64,000 nucleotides of DNA from contig JALOQK010000001.1 in NCBI GenBank assembly GCA_025453395.1, forward strand, positions 166,313 through 230,312, read 5' to 3'. Under the pieces are notes generated by a model that made no database searches, was not told the DNA's origin, and saw nothing but the letters and a program-made list of their open reading frames with translations. The stretch is from Candidatus Omnitrophota bacterium. GTDB taxonomy: Bacteria; Omnitrophota; Gorgyraeia; Gygaellales; Profunditerraquicolaceae. The first letter of the stretch is position 1. Each line of letters begins with the position of its first letter. The translations under genes and the position numbers were made by a program. Shown piece after piece: positions 1 through 8,583 of this stretch.

Positions 1-377
1 ATGCGGGTTAACAATTCCAAATCTAAGGGCAGGCTTGTTTTTAAAACCGCATCTACCTCATCCGGATGGGTATAATAAAACCTGACATATTCGGCGATGT
101 CAAGAATCATGCCGATCCTGAACCTCTCAACTAAAAGTTTTAAGAAATTACACATATCTTTTGAAACATAACTTGCGGCGATCTTATCAATAAAATCATG
201 CTTTTGGCCCAAGGCAAGCTGTGGGGCGCGCAATAATTCCAATATATCAGGGTTGTTCCTTAATAATTCGCGCAGTTTCTTAAACTCCTGCACTGCCTGC
301 TCTATGGTGGAACTTTCCTTGGCCTGTTTTAAAAAAGCTTCCGCGTATCTTCTCGCCAAAATTTCATTCTTTATCAT
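1..377 (-). CDS. atpH: F0F1 ATP synthase subunit delta (OSCP), 5' partial; the gene runs off the window start
   Basis: Hand translation of the minus strand from the ATG at 377-375, which overlaps the atpF stop as ATGA, gives MIKNEILARRYAEAFLKQAKESSTIEQAVQEFKKL... This is a classic delta/OSCP N-terminus. It follows atpF in canonical operon order. It is not in the supplied ORF track because it lacks a stop inside the window. Confidence 0.7.
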   Translation of the reverse strand, partial: MIKNEILARRYAEAFLKQAKESSTIEQAVQEFKKLRELLRNNPDILELLRAPQLALGQKHDFIDKIAASYVSKDMCNFLKLLVERFRIGMILDIAEYVRFYYTHPDEVDAVLKTSLPLDLELLTR

Positions 378-868
378 TTTTCATCCAGATTGTCCAGAAA
401 ATTCTCCACGATCTTCTTGTCATCCTGTTCAGTAAGCCGCTCTTGAACAAGGTTTTGCGCGGCCAAAAGCGCCATATTCACGATATCCTCTTTTATTTCC
501 TGCTTTGCCTTGTTAAGCTGGTATTTTACGCTTGCGCGGGCATTAGCAATAATATCTTGCGCGTCCTGATACGCCTTCTTTTTAATTTCCTCGGTAAGCT
601 TATGGCCTTCTTCAATAGACTCCCGGATTTTCTGAAGAGCTAATTCTTCAATTTTATCAACTTTATCCTGATAATCCTGTTTAATTTTAGATACATCCAG
701 CTTAGCCTCTTCTATCTGCTTAAGCTCTGTGGCAATGCGCTGCTTCCTGTCATCAAGAAATTTAAGCACCTTTTTCCACAAGAATATGCGCAAACAAAAA
801 AGAAGCAGCAAAAAACTTATTACCTGTGCTAAGACTTCCTGAATGTTAAACAGTTTCGCGCTTTCCAT
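374..868 (-). CDS. atpF: F0F1 ATP synthase subunit b
   Basis: 164 aa with an N-terminal TM helix followed by a long charged coiled coil (KAYQDAQDIIANARASV...). It sits between atpE and atpH. Confidence 0.85.
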   Translation of the reverse strand: MESAKLFNIQEVLAQVISFLLLLFCLRIFLWKKVLKFLDDRKQRIATELKQIEEAKLDVSKIKQDYQDKVDKIEELALQKIRESIEEGHKLTEEIKKKAYQDAQDIIANARASVKYQLNKAKQEIKEDIVNMALLAAQNLVQERLTEQDDKKIVENFLDNLDEK

Positions 869-877
869 TTTACAAAA

Positions 878-1108
878 TTAAAGTTTTCCTGCCATAATAA
901 AACTAAACACCAAAGCGTAAATGGTGATGGTTTCCACGAAAACGCAGCCGATGACCATGTTAAACATGATCTTTCCTGATGCCTCCGGCTGCCTGCCGAT
1001 TGCCTCCATTGCCGATGAAACAGCCCTTCCTAAACCAATTGCCGAACCAACCGCTGTAATACCCAAGCCCAACGGTAATGCCAATGCCAACATCGCTTTG
1101 TAATCCAT
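878..1108 (-). CDS. atpE: F0F1 ATP synthase subunit c (proteolipid)
   Basis: 76 aa, two TM helices and a conserved GRQPE loop (AIGRQPEASG). Confidence 0.9.
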   Translation of the reverse strand: MDYKAMLALALPLGLGITAVGSAIGLGRAVSSAMEAIGRQPEASGKIMFNMVIGCVFVETITIYALVFSFIMAGKL

Positions 1109-1132
1109 AATTTGTTCCTCCTTTTTTTAGCT

Positions 1133-1885
1133 TTATTCCTCATGCACGATAAATATCGCGAAATATATAGTGCTTAAGATACAAAAAACACAGGCCTGTA
1201 TTACCGCGGTCAACAAGCCTGTGGCCATATTAAGAAATAAAAGCGGTATCCCGGGAAAACCAAACTTTGAAATAACCGCTAACAGCGTATCATCACCCCA
1301 GATCACGCTTCTTAAACGTAACGACAGCGTAACCGGTTTGAATAATTCTGAAATAATATGCGAAACAAACATCATCAAAGGCAAAACAATAGTAAAACCA
1401 AGCGCGCCGCGGGGCTTTCCTGCCAAGTGATCAATATACCCCACAAGCCCTAATTCTTTAATTGCGCTATATTGCACATAGAAAAACACGCAAACAGCTA
1501 AAGCAAAGGTAGTAGATAGGTTTATCGTGGGGGCTTTTAAGAAAGGGATAAACCCGATCAAGTTCATGCCCAGTATATAAATAAAAAGCGTCCCGATAAA
1601 AGGCGTGTAGCGCCTGCCATGTTTCCCCAGTATCCCGCAAACAAAATCATCCACTGCCGAAACAAGCGCCTCAAAAAAAGACTGCAACCTGGTGCCACCA
1701 GAGATTTTCATATTGCGCGTCCCCAAATAGACCAGGATGCCGATCAAAAAAATCGTAAAAAGCGAATAGGCCAGGCTTTCCCAGCCATAAAGCCCTTTTA
1801 AAAATAAATCCTTAGGAAAAGAATCCTTCAGTACTGCAAGAATATCGGGTAATTCAGGAGAAATATTCTGCGCCTGTTCTTGCAT
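1133..1885 (-). CDS. atpB: F0F1 ATP synthase subunit a
   Basis: 250 aa polytopic membrane protein with the LSLRL R-containing helix typical of subunit a. It lies directly upstream of atpE. Confidence 0.85.
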   Translation of the reverse strand: MQEQAQNISPELPDILAVLKDSFPKDLFLKGLYGWESLAYSLFTIFLIGILVYLGTRNMKISGGTRLQSFFEALVSAVDDFVCGILGKHGRRYTPFIGTLFIYILGMNLIGFIPFLKAPTINLSTTFALAVCVFFYVQYSAIKELGLVGYIDHLAGKPRGALGFTIVLPLMMFVSHIISELFKPVTLSLRLRSVIWGDDTLLAVISKFGFPGIPLLFLNMATGLLTAVIQACVFCILSTIYFAIFIVHEE

Positions 1886-1888
1886 CTT

Positions 1889-2206
1889 CTAATCCAATCT
1901 TATTTTTGAAATAATTCTTATGAGCCGAACTGCTTCCACGATACCAGCTAACGCCCCTAATCCGATAATTATATAAAACACATATTCTGGAGCATGAAAT
2001 TCTTTCTTAAAAAATTCTGCGATAAAATATCCGGCAAAAACCCCGCTTGCCAACGATACCGGAATAAATAAAGCTATCCCATAAGCCTTAACCCAGGCGT
2101 AAATATTATGAGGCATTGAGCCCTCCGTGTCTATATATAATATCACGATCGAGACCCCGACTACGAATAAGGTGATTGCGTCGGGAAAAGAAAAAACGTC
2201 CGCCAT
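1889..2206 (-). CDS. Small 4-TM membrane protein, putative ATP synthase protein I (AtpI/AtpZ-like)
   Basis: 105 aa hydrophobic protein that is the first gene of the atp operon, 3 bp upstream of atpB. The assignment rests on position and size only. Confidence 0.4.
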   Translation of the reverse strand: MADVFSFPDAITLFVVGVSIVILYIDTEGSMPHNIYAWVKAYGIALFIPVSLASGVFAGYFIAEFFKKEFHAPEYVFYIIIGLGALAGIVEAVRLIRIISKIRLD

Positions 2207-2259
2207 ATTAAAGCGAACGTCAATGTTTTTATCTACTGCGATGTAGGATCAATAGTTAA

Positions 2260-2287
2260 ATATTAGCACCCATAAGGCTGTTGTCAA
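2260..2287 (-). promoter_or_regulatory. Sigma70-type promoter of the atp operon (TTGACA-16 nt-TGcTAATAT, extended -10)
   Basis: The minus strand reads cttcTTGACAacagccttatgggTGcTAATATttaac. The predicted TSS is ~50 nt upstream of the first atp ORF. Confidence 0.4.
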
Positions 2288-2374
2288 GAAGTTTATATAA
2301 ACTTACACGGATGAATAAAACTTCAATGAATTAATGGAAGAACTTTTGCCTTAAGAAAATATCCTGGCTAATAA

Positions 2375-3094
2375 TTACCTCTTATCCTTGGTCTCTTTGA
2401 CCAGAATAACCGCTTCGGCAATTTGGCGCATGGTCTTTCTGGTATCCATGCTCTGTTTTTGAATCAAACGAAAGGCCTCTTGGGAGGAAATATTGGCATC
2501 CTGCGAAAGAATATCCTTAGCGCGCTCAACAAGCTTACGGGTAGTAAGCGCCTCTTCAGCGCTTCTGGCGCGCAAGTCAAGCTCGGCGTTCTCAATAGCC
2601 ACCGCTGCCTGAGAGGCTACAGCGCTTAATACTGAAAGTTCTTCTTTGGTAAACTCGTGTTTCTTATGGGTATAAACATTTAATACCCCGATAACTCTAC
2701 CCTTTACCGCCATTGGGATACTTGCCAAGGAACAAAGATTTTCCTTCTTGGCAACATCACGGCTTAGATAACGCGCGTCTTCCTGCACATCAAGCACACA
2801 AATAGCTTTATTCTCTTTGGCAACTATCCCGGCTATTCCATGGCCTAATTTGATATTAGGTTTTTTATTATAGGCTTCCGATATAGACTGCGTAGCTTTA
2901 ACCACAAGCTCGTTCTTGGATGGGTCAAGAAGCATCAACGAACAGATCTTAGAATGCATGATCTGGGCGGTAATTTCTACGATAATCCTCAACAACTCTT
3001 CAAGATACAAGCCTGAAGTAATTAGGCTTGCCACTTTGGAAAGAAGCTCAATCTGATTAATCAGAGAATCATAAACCTTGGTTTTCTTAGGCAT
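2375..3094 (-). CDS. GAF-ANTAR RNA-binding antitermination regulator
   Basis: N-terminal GAF-like region followed by a C-terminal ANTAR helix region (SQEAFRLIQKQSMDTRKTMRQIAEAV), the AmiR/NasR family. Confidence 0.7.
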   Translation of the reverse strand: MPKKTKVYDSLINQIELLSKVASLITSGLYLEELLRIIVEITAQIMHSKICSLMLLDPSKNELVVKATQSISEAYNKKPNIKLGHGIAGIVAKENKAICVLDVQEDARYLSRDVAKKENLCSLASIPMAVKGRVIGVLNVYTHKKHEFTKEELSVLSAVASQAAVAIENAELDLRARSAEEALTTRKLVERAKDILSQDANISSQEAFRLIQKQSMDTRKTMRQIAEAVILVKETKDKR

Positions 3095-3096
3095 GT

Positions 3097-4245
3097 TTAT
3101 TGAATAAACCTTTGCATGCGCGAAAGCGCCTCTTTTAAATTCTGATAGCTTGAAGCGTATGAAATACGAATATGATCTTCATACTCTTTTCCAAAGGCGC
3201 ATCCGGGTACAACCGCGACTTTTTCCTTTTCCAAAAGCCCTTTAGCAAAATCCATGGCCTTCATACCGGTACTTTTAATCGAAGGAAAAGCATAAAATGC
3301 CCCTTCGGGATTATGGCAGGATAAACCTATATCATTCAAGCCTTGTATTACAAGCTGTCTTCTTCTTTTATATTCGCGCTTCATTTCTTCCACAGATTTT
3401 CTTCCTGTAATTAAAGCCTCACATGCTGCCATCTGGGAAGTAATCGGAACGCACATAATCGTGTATTGATGGATTTTAGTCATGCCCGCAATAATATCTT
3501 TGGGTCCGCAGGCAAATCCCACCCGCCAACCGGTCATGGCATAGCTTTTGGAGAATCCATCCAGATAAACTGTATTTTCTTTTGCCCCCGGAAGCGTGGC
3601 AAATCTTACATGTTCAGAATCATAGGTTAAGTCGCCGTAAACCTCATCGGTAATGCAAAGTATTTTATGTTTTAACAAAACCTTATTTATCTCTGACAAT
3701 TCCTTACGCGAATATGAAGTGCCTGTTGGATTACAAGGGTAATTAAGGATTATCGCCTTGGTTTTTTTATCAATATGCTTCCTTATCGCACTTGGGGTAA
3801 TCCGGAAATTATCACTTTTTGTATCAATACAAACAGGTATTCCTCCTGCCAAATAAGTCATGGGAGCGTAAGAAACATAACTTGGGGTAGGAATCAATAT
3901 TTTGTCGCCCGGATTAATTATCGTTCTTAACACTAGATCTACAGCTTCGCTTACCCCTACAGTAATAAGCATCTCTTCATCCGGGCAATAATCAAGATCA
4001 TAGTGGTGTTTTAAATAACGATTGATACCCAGACGCAGTTTATACAAGCCCTTATTTGAGGTATAAGAGGTAAAACCTTTTTCAAGCGAATAAATGCCGG
4101 CCTCGCGGATGTTCCAGGGAGTGACAAAATCAGGTTCGCCTACCCCCAAAGAAATAACATCCTTCATTCCTAAGACAAGATCAAAAAATGCCCTGATCCC
4201 CGAAGGCTGCATTGCTTCAACTTTTTTAGAAATAAGATTCTTCAT
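3097..4245 (-). CDS. PLP-dependent aminotransferase class I/II (aspartate/aromatic aminotransferase-like)
   Basis: Contains NPTGT and SKSYAMTGWRVGF (PLP lysine motif). The start is placed at the internal MKNLISKKVEAMQPSGIR, because the 21 upstream codons of the 4308 ORF are encoded by intergenic repeat A. Confidence 0.8.
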   Translation of the reverse strand: MKNLISKKVEAMQPSGIRAFFDLVLGMKDVISLGVGEPDFVTPWNIREAGIYSLEKGFTSYTSNKGLYKLRLGINRYLKHHYDLDYCPDEEMLITVGVSEAVDLVLRTIINPGDKILIPTPSYVSYAPMTYLAGGIPVCIDTKSDNFRITPSAIRKHIDKKTKAIILNYPCNPTGTSYSRKELSEINKVLLKHKILCITDEVYGDLTYDSEHVRFATLPGAKENTVYLDGFSKSYAMTGWRVGFACGPKDIIAGMTKIHQYTIMCVPITSQMAACEALITGRKSVEEMKREYKRRRQLVIQGLNDIGLSCHNPEGAFYAFPSIKSTGMKAMDFAKGLLEKEKVAVVPGCAFGKEYEDHIRISYASSYQNLKEALSRMQRFIQ

Positions 4246-4257
4246 GTTCTGTATAAA

Positions 4258-4348
4258 TTTAGCTAAAAATTCAGAGCGAAAAACTAAAAACCATAATTCA
4301 AAACTCAAGATTTTTAATTTTACGCTATCGTTTTACGCTTTGCGCTAA
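4258..4348. repeat. Copy A of an ~90 bp MITE/REP-like intergenic element
   Basis: It shares ...gcgaaaaaCTAAAAAcc-ATAATTCAAAA-TTTTTAATTtTACGCTaTcGTTTTaCGCTTTgCGCT with the copies at 4851-4985, 7738-7832 and 41424-41527. It ends exactly at the Lrp stop codon. Confidence 0.6.
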
Positions 4349-4830
4349 TATGATATTGCTATCCTCTGATTCTCATCTTTGTGTTTTAGAATAACCCCGT
4401 CTTCCTTGTATTTCTTCAAAAGAAAGTGAGTTGCCGTCCCGCGCACATGTTCCGCGCAGGAAAGTTTTTCCGAGACAAAACGCGCAACTGTCTGTAAATC
4501 TTTGCCTTCAACGATTAAAAGCAGGTCATAAGTTCCGGAGATCAGATAACAGCTTGCCACCTCCGGAAAAGAATAGATGCGTTCCGCTATTTTATCAAAA
4601 CCTAAGTCTTTTTGCGGGACGATATTCACCTCAATTAACGCTCTTACTTGCACTTCAGCATCTTTAACTATCTCGCGATTAATTACTGTTTTGTATTTAA
4701 GAATGACCCCGTCTTTTTCATATTTTTTTATGGTTTTCTTAACCGCATCAGGCTTTTTCTTGAGCATCTTGGCAATATCCTCTACTGAAGCACGCGCGTC
4801 TTTCTCTAGAATTTCTAAAATCTCATCCAT
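4345..4830 (-). CDS. Lrp/AsnC family transcriptional regulator
   Basis: 161 aa with an N-terminal HTH (SVEDIAKMLKKKPDAVKKTIKKYEKDGVI) and a RAM-like C-terminal domain. Confidence 0.7.
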   Translation of the reverse strand: MDEILEILEKDARASVEDIAKMLKKKPDAVKKTIKKYEKDGVILKYKTVINREIVKDAEVQVRALIEVNIVPQKDLGFDKIAERIYSFPEVASCYLISGTYDLLLIVEGKDLQTVARFVSEKLSCAEHVRGTATHFLLKKYKEDGVILKHKDENQRIAISY

Positions 4831-4850
4831 ATAAACCCCCCTTGTTGGAG

Positions 4851-4985
4851 AAAAAAACTAAAAACCAAAATCCCAATAGCATCAGAAGCGAAAAGCTTAA
4901 AGCGAAAAATGCAAAACTATAATTCAAAATTAAAAATTTTTAATTCTACGCTGTAGTTTTACGCTTTGCACTTTAAGTTTTTAGC
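4851..4985. repeat. Copy B of the MITE/REP-like element
   Basis: Same core, with an aagcgaaaag...aaagcgaaaaa left arm and a TACGCTgTaGTTTTACGCTTTGCac right arm. Its right end encodes the last ~10 aa of NadE (KAKNLKCKA). Confidence 0.55.
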
Positions 4986-5702
4986 TTTTAAATAACATAT
5001 TTTCGGCCCTTGCCTCTTATGCAAAGAACAGGCCATCATTTTCTTTACCTTATCTACTTTTTGCTTAGAGGTCTTTGGTTTACTTTTATTCTCCATACAT
5101 TCAAGTATGCCATCAAGTTCATTATAAGTAATCCCCATTTCGCCTTCATCGGTCTGGCCCGGCCAAAGCCCGGCAGTAGGGGCCTTGGTGATAATCTTTT
5201 CGGGAATCCCCATTTCCCAAGAAAGGCGCCTAACATCTTTTTTCAGCAAATCTGCTATGGGCAGGATATCTGTTCCTCCGTCGCCATATTTAGTAAAATA
5301 CCCCACGCTTAATTCTGATTTATTGCCTGTTCCGGAAACTAAATACCCGTAGGTATTGGCAAAATAATACAAAGTCATCATCCTTAAGCGCGGTTTCAAA
5401 TTTCCTAAGGCTAATTTGTTGCCTTTGGGCAAAGCATGAAAAAATAATTTATAAACTTTTGATAAATCTACGATCTTATAAGAGATCCCAAGCGCCTTAG
5501 CAGTAAGAAGCGCGTCTTTTAGATCTTGAGGGTTACTTTGTATGGGCATCATCAATCCTAAGACTTTATTTTTCCCTACCGCCTCTTTTGACAATGCTGC
5601 CACAAGCGCGGAATCTATCCCGCCAGACAAGCCTAGAATGATACCCTTGGCACCAGCCTGTTTAACTTGGCTGCGCATCCAATTTATAATCTTCTTTTTC
5701 AT
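4959..5702 (-). CDS. nadE: NH3-dependent NAD+ synthetase
   Basis: PP-loop motif LGLSGGIDSALVAAL and a KYGDGGTDILPIADL block, with a length typical of NadE. The C-terminus extends into repeat B. Confidence 0.75.
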   Translation of the reverse strand: MKKKIINWMRSQVKQAGAKGIILGLSGGIDSALVAALSKEAVGKNKVLGLMMPIQSNPQDLKDALLTAKALGISYKIVDLSKVYKLFFHALPKGNKLALGNLKPRLRMMTLYYFANTYGYLVSGTGNKSELSVGYFTKYGDGGTDILPIADLLKKDVRRLSWEMGIPEKIITKAPTAGLWPGQTDEGEMGITYNELDGILECMENKSKPKTSKQKVDKVKKMMACSLHKRQGPKICYLKAKNLKCKA

Positions 5703-6193
5703 TTATTTCTCTTATACAATCCCATGATCTCTGCCTTAGCTATAACATGAGGCCCCATGGCCTTGTCTAATTCTTCCTTTGAGCACCCATCCATAAGCCC
5801 AAGCTTGTTATCCAAGGCAAATAATTTAAAAAAATAGCGATGTGTCCCTGACGGCGGGCATGGCCCGTGATATTCTTTTCTGCCAGCGCTATTTATCGCC
5901 TGTTTTCCGGGGACAGACGCCTCTCTAATATTGGCAATTACAGGCATGTCAAAAACCAGCCAATGCACCCAAGTCCCCATGGGCGCGTCCGGGTCATCCA
6001 CGATTAAAACTAAACTTTTTGCTGCAGGCGGAACACCCGTTATAGCTAACGCGGGGCTTATGTTGTCCCCATCGCAGGTATATTTAACAGGAATAGAATC
6101 CTTATCCTTAAACGCTGGGCTTGATATTTCCATAGCGAAAATGTTGCTTAAAGAAAAACCTGAAACTAAAAATGCTAAAATAAATTTCTTAAG
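5699..6193 (-). CDS. YbhB/YbcL family PEBP (Raf-kinase-inhibitor-like) protein, secreted
   Basis: Contains DPDAPMGTWVHWLVFDMP and GTHRYFFKLFALD, the PEBP signature. A likely signal peptide starts at MLKKFILAFLVSGFSLSNIFA. The start codon overlaps the nadE stop (ATGA). Confidence 0.75.
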   Translation of the reverse strand, partial: LKKFILAFLVSGFSLSNIFAMEISSPAFKDKDSIPVKYTCDGDNISPALAITGVPPAAKSLVLIVDDPDAPMGTWVHWLVFDMPVIANIREASVPGKQAINSAGRKEYHGPCPPSGTHRYFFKLFALDNKLGLMDGCSKEELDKAMGPHVIAKAEIMGLYKRNK

Positions 6194-6238
6194 CATAATA
6201 GATATATTACCTCTATATGCGGGATCTGTCAACAAAGC

Positions 6239-6898
6239 CTAGCCCCCTTGATGCTTTACTACCTTTGCCTCTACCATGTAAATAACATCTTCAGCGATGT
6301 TTGTGGCATGGTCGCAAATGCGTTCCAAATGGCGGGCAATTAAAAGTAGCGGCACTGCCCTTGAAGCTGTGGAAGGATCGCGCGCCATATAATCATTAAT
6401 AAGCTCATTTTCAACGCACTGCTTAAGCCGGTCTGCTTCCGGCTCCAATTCAACAGCTTTCTTAGCCTGCTGAACATCCCTGCTTACAAACGCATCAATG
6501 GAATATTTTACCATATTCTGGGCGATTACTGAAAGTTTCGGAATATCAATAAGCGGCTTTAATAAAGGCTTATCTACTAATTCCAAAACCCTTTCCGCGA
6601 TATCTACAGCTAAATCTGCTATCCTTTCAAGTTCCGCGTTTATTTTCATACCCACAGTAATAAAGCGCAAATCCCCTGCCATGGGCTGATAACGCGCGAT
6701 AAGGTCTATACAGCGCTCATCAATTAAAAGCTCCAACTGGTCAACTTTATTATCGCAAGAAATAACTTCCTGGGCCTCTTGCCTGCTTTTGTTCTTAAGC
6801 GCCTCTACAGACTTAAAGATCGCCTCTTGCGCGAATATGCCCATCTTAAGTATTTCCTGATGCAATTCTTTTAACTCATCATCAATATGCCTTTGCAT
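6239..6898 (-). CDS. phoU: Phosphate-specific transport system accessory protein PhoU
   Basis: Two PhoU repeats (DLRFITVGMKINAELERIADLAVDIAERV). It lies downstream of pstB. The start is placed at MQRHIDDELKEL. Confidence 0.85.
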   Translation of the reverse strand: MQRHIDDELKELHQEILKMGIFAQEAIFKSVEALKNKSRQEAQEVISCDNKVDQLELLIDERCIDLIARYQPMAGDLRFITVGMKINAELERIADLAVDIAERVLELVDKPLLKPLIDIPKLSVIAQNMVKYSIDAFVSRDVQQAKKAVELEPEADRLKQCVENELINDYMARDPSTASRAVPLLLIARHLERICDHATNIAEDVIYMVEAKVVKHQGG

Positions 6899-6955
6899 AA
6901 AATACCTCCTTGCCCAGAAAGGGCACACCGGCGTAATTCAAGTAAACGCCGGGTG

Positions 6956-7723
6956 TTATCCATATCTACCGGTAATATATTCTTCAGTGCGCCTTTCTTT
7001 AGGTTTAGTAAAAATATTGTGCGTTGTATCAAACTCTACCAATTCCCCCAAAAGCATAAAACCTGTATCATCAGAAACACGCGCTGCCTGTTGCATGTTA
7101 TGGGTAACAATTACTATTGTATACCTGGCTTTAAGCTCACGCATTAATTCTTCTATGCGGCTAGTTGCCTGAGGATCAAGGGTGGAACAGGGCTCATCCA
7201 TCAACAATACATCTGGCTTTACCGCAATCAAACGCGCGATACACAAACGCTGTTTTTCCTCCAACGATAAAGATAAGGCGCTTTTCTTAAGCTTATCCTT
7301 TAGGTCATCCCACAATAAAACCGCTTCCAAGCTTTCCTGCACAATCTGGTCCAGTTTGTCCTTAGGCGCATCCATGTGCACTCTTTGGCCAAAAACAATA
7401 TTTTCATATATGGAAAGTGGAAATGGATTTGGACGCTGAAAAACCATCCCTACTTTCTTGCGCAAAGAAACCAAGTCGGCTTTTGCGTCAAGAATGTTTT
7501 CTTGATCAACAACAATTCTTCCTTCTGTACGCACGCCTTCAATCAAATCATTCATACGGTTAAACACGCGCAGCATCGTAGATTTCCCGCATCCCGAAGG
7601 CCCGATAATCGCGGTAATCTTGCGCGCGCCAAAAGCGCAATTCACATTCTTTAGCGCCTGGAAATTTCCATACCACAAATTCAGATTATCTACTTCTATC
7701 TTCGGCGCATCTTTCTTATTCAT
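6956..7723 (-). CDS. pstB: Phosphate ABC transporter ATP-binding protein, paralog with a degenerate ABC signature (LSLEEKQ instead of LSGGQQQ)
   Basis: Walker A GPSGCGKST, Walker B LLMDEPCSTLD, H-loop VTHNM and the PstB-type C-terminal tail. The C-loop reads SALSLSLEEKQRLCIAR. Confidence 0.85.
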   Translation of the reverse strand: MNKKDAPKIEVDNLNLWYGNFQALKNVNCAFGARKITAIIGPSGCGKSTMLRVFNRMNDLIEGVRTEGRIVVDQENILDAKADLVSLRKKVGMVFQRPNPFPLSIYENIVFGQRVHMDAPKDKLDQIVQESLEAVLLWDDLKDKLKKSALSLSLEEKQRLCIARLIAVKPDVLLMDEPCSTLDPQATSRIEELMRELKARYTIVIVTHNMQQAARVSDDTGFMLLGELVEFDTTHNIFTKPKERRTEEYITGRYG

Positions 7724-7737
7724 AAATATCCCGTTCT

Positions 7738-7832
7738 CGAAGCTAAAAATTAAAAGCGAAAAAGGTAAAGCTATAATTCAAAATTTAAAATTTTTAATTT
7801 TACGCTATAGTTTTTCGCTTTACGCTTTACGC
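7738..7832. repeat. Copy C of the MITE/REP-like element
   Basis: taAAAGCGAAAAAggtaaagcTATAATTCAAAATTTAAAATTTTTAATTTTACGCTATAGTTTTTCGCTTTACGCTTTACGCT. Its terminal inverted repeats are AAAGCGAAAAA and TTTTTCGCTTT. It lies between the two pstB genes. Confidence 0.6.
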
Positions 7833-7836
7833 TCTC

Positions 7837-8583
7837 CTATCCAAACTTGCCGCTTATATAATCATTAGTCCTTTGATCATGCGGAGTAGTAAACATTTTC
7901 TCTGTTTTATCCAATTCAACCAATTCTCCATTTAAGAAAAACGCGGTCTTGTCTCCCACACGCGCGGCTTGTTTTACATTGTTAGTCACCAAAATTATGG
8001 TGTATTTTTCTTTTAGCTTTAACATCGCCTCTTCTACCTTAGCTGTAGAAATTGGGTCCAAGCCAGAACAAGGCTCATCAAAAAGAATGACTTCCGGAGA
8101 AACCGCCAATGTGCGCGCGATACATAAGCGCTGTTGTTGCCCGCCGGATAATTTAAATGCTGACTCATTCAAGCGATCCTTAACCTCATCCCAAATATAA
8201 GCTTTCTTCAAGGAATCCTGAACAATCCCCTCCAGGCTTTCATGTTTATTAATCCCGTTCATTCTTGCTCCATAGGCAACATTGTCAAAAATAGATAGCG
8301 GTAACGGCAAAGGCATGGCAAAAACCATCCCGATCTTTCTTCGTATTTCTTCCGCGGACAAGGAGGATAAATCCAAACTATTATATTGCACACTCCCAGT
8401 CATCTTAAAGCCCACCTGAAGATGATTAAGTTTATTTAGCATGCGCAAAAATGTAGTCTTCCCGCTATTAGCTGGCCCGATGATAGTTAATATCTCGCGC
8501 GCATTTACGTCAATAGTCAAATCACGTAAAACATGAGATTGGCCAAACCAAATATTAAGCTTCTTGACGGAAATACTTACCAT
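7837..8583 (-). CDS. pstB: Phosphate ABC transporter ATP-binding protein (canonical copy)
   Basis: Walker A GPANSGKTT, canonical signature LSGGQQQRLCIAR, Walker B ILFDEPCSGLD. Confidence 0.85.
   Translation of the reverse strand: MVSISVKKLNIWFGQSHVLRDLTIDVNAREILTIIGPANSGKTTFLRMLNKLNHLQVGFKMTGSVQYNSLDLSSLSAEEIRRKIGMVFAMPLPLPLSIFDNVAYGARMNGINKHESLEGIVQDSLKKAYIWDEVKDRLNESAFKLSGGQQQRLCIARTLAVSPEVILFDEPCSGLDPISTAKVEEAMLKLKEKYTIILVTNNVKQAARVGDKTAFFLNGELVELDKTEKMFTTPHDQRTNDYISGKFG

Noticed and set aside
253-435. Plus-strand 60-aa ORF at the start of the window
   Set aside because: It is antisense to the atpH/atpF coding sequence, which has clear delta-subunit and b-subunit translations on the minus strand, and has no motifs of its own.
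443-1430. Plus-strand ORFs 443-643, 921-1103 and 1170-1430 overlapping atpF/atpE/atpB
   Set aside because: These are antisense shadow ORFs within well-supported ATP synthase genes.
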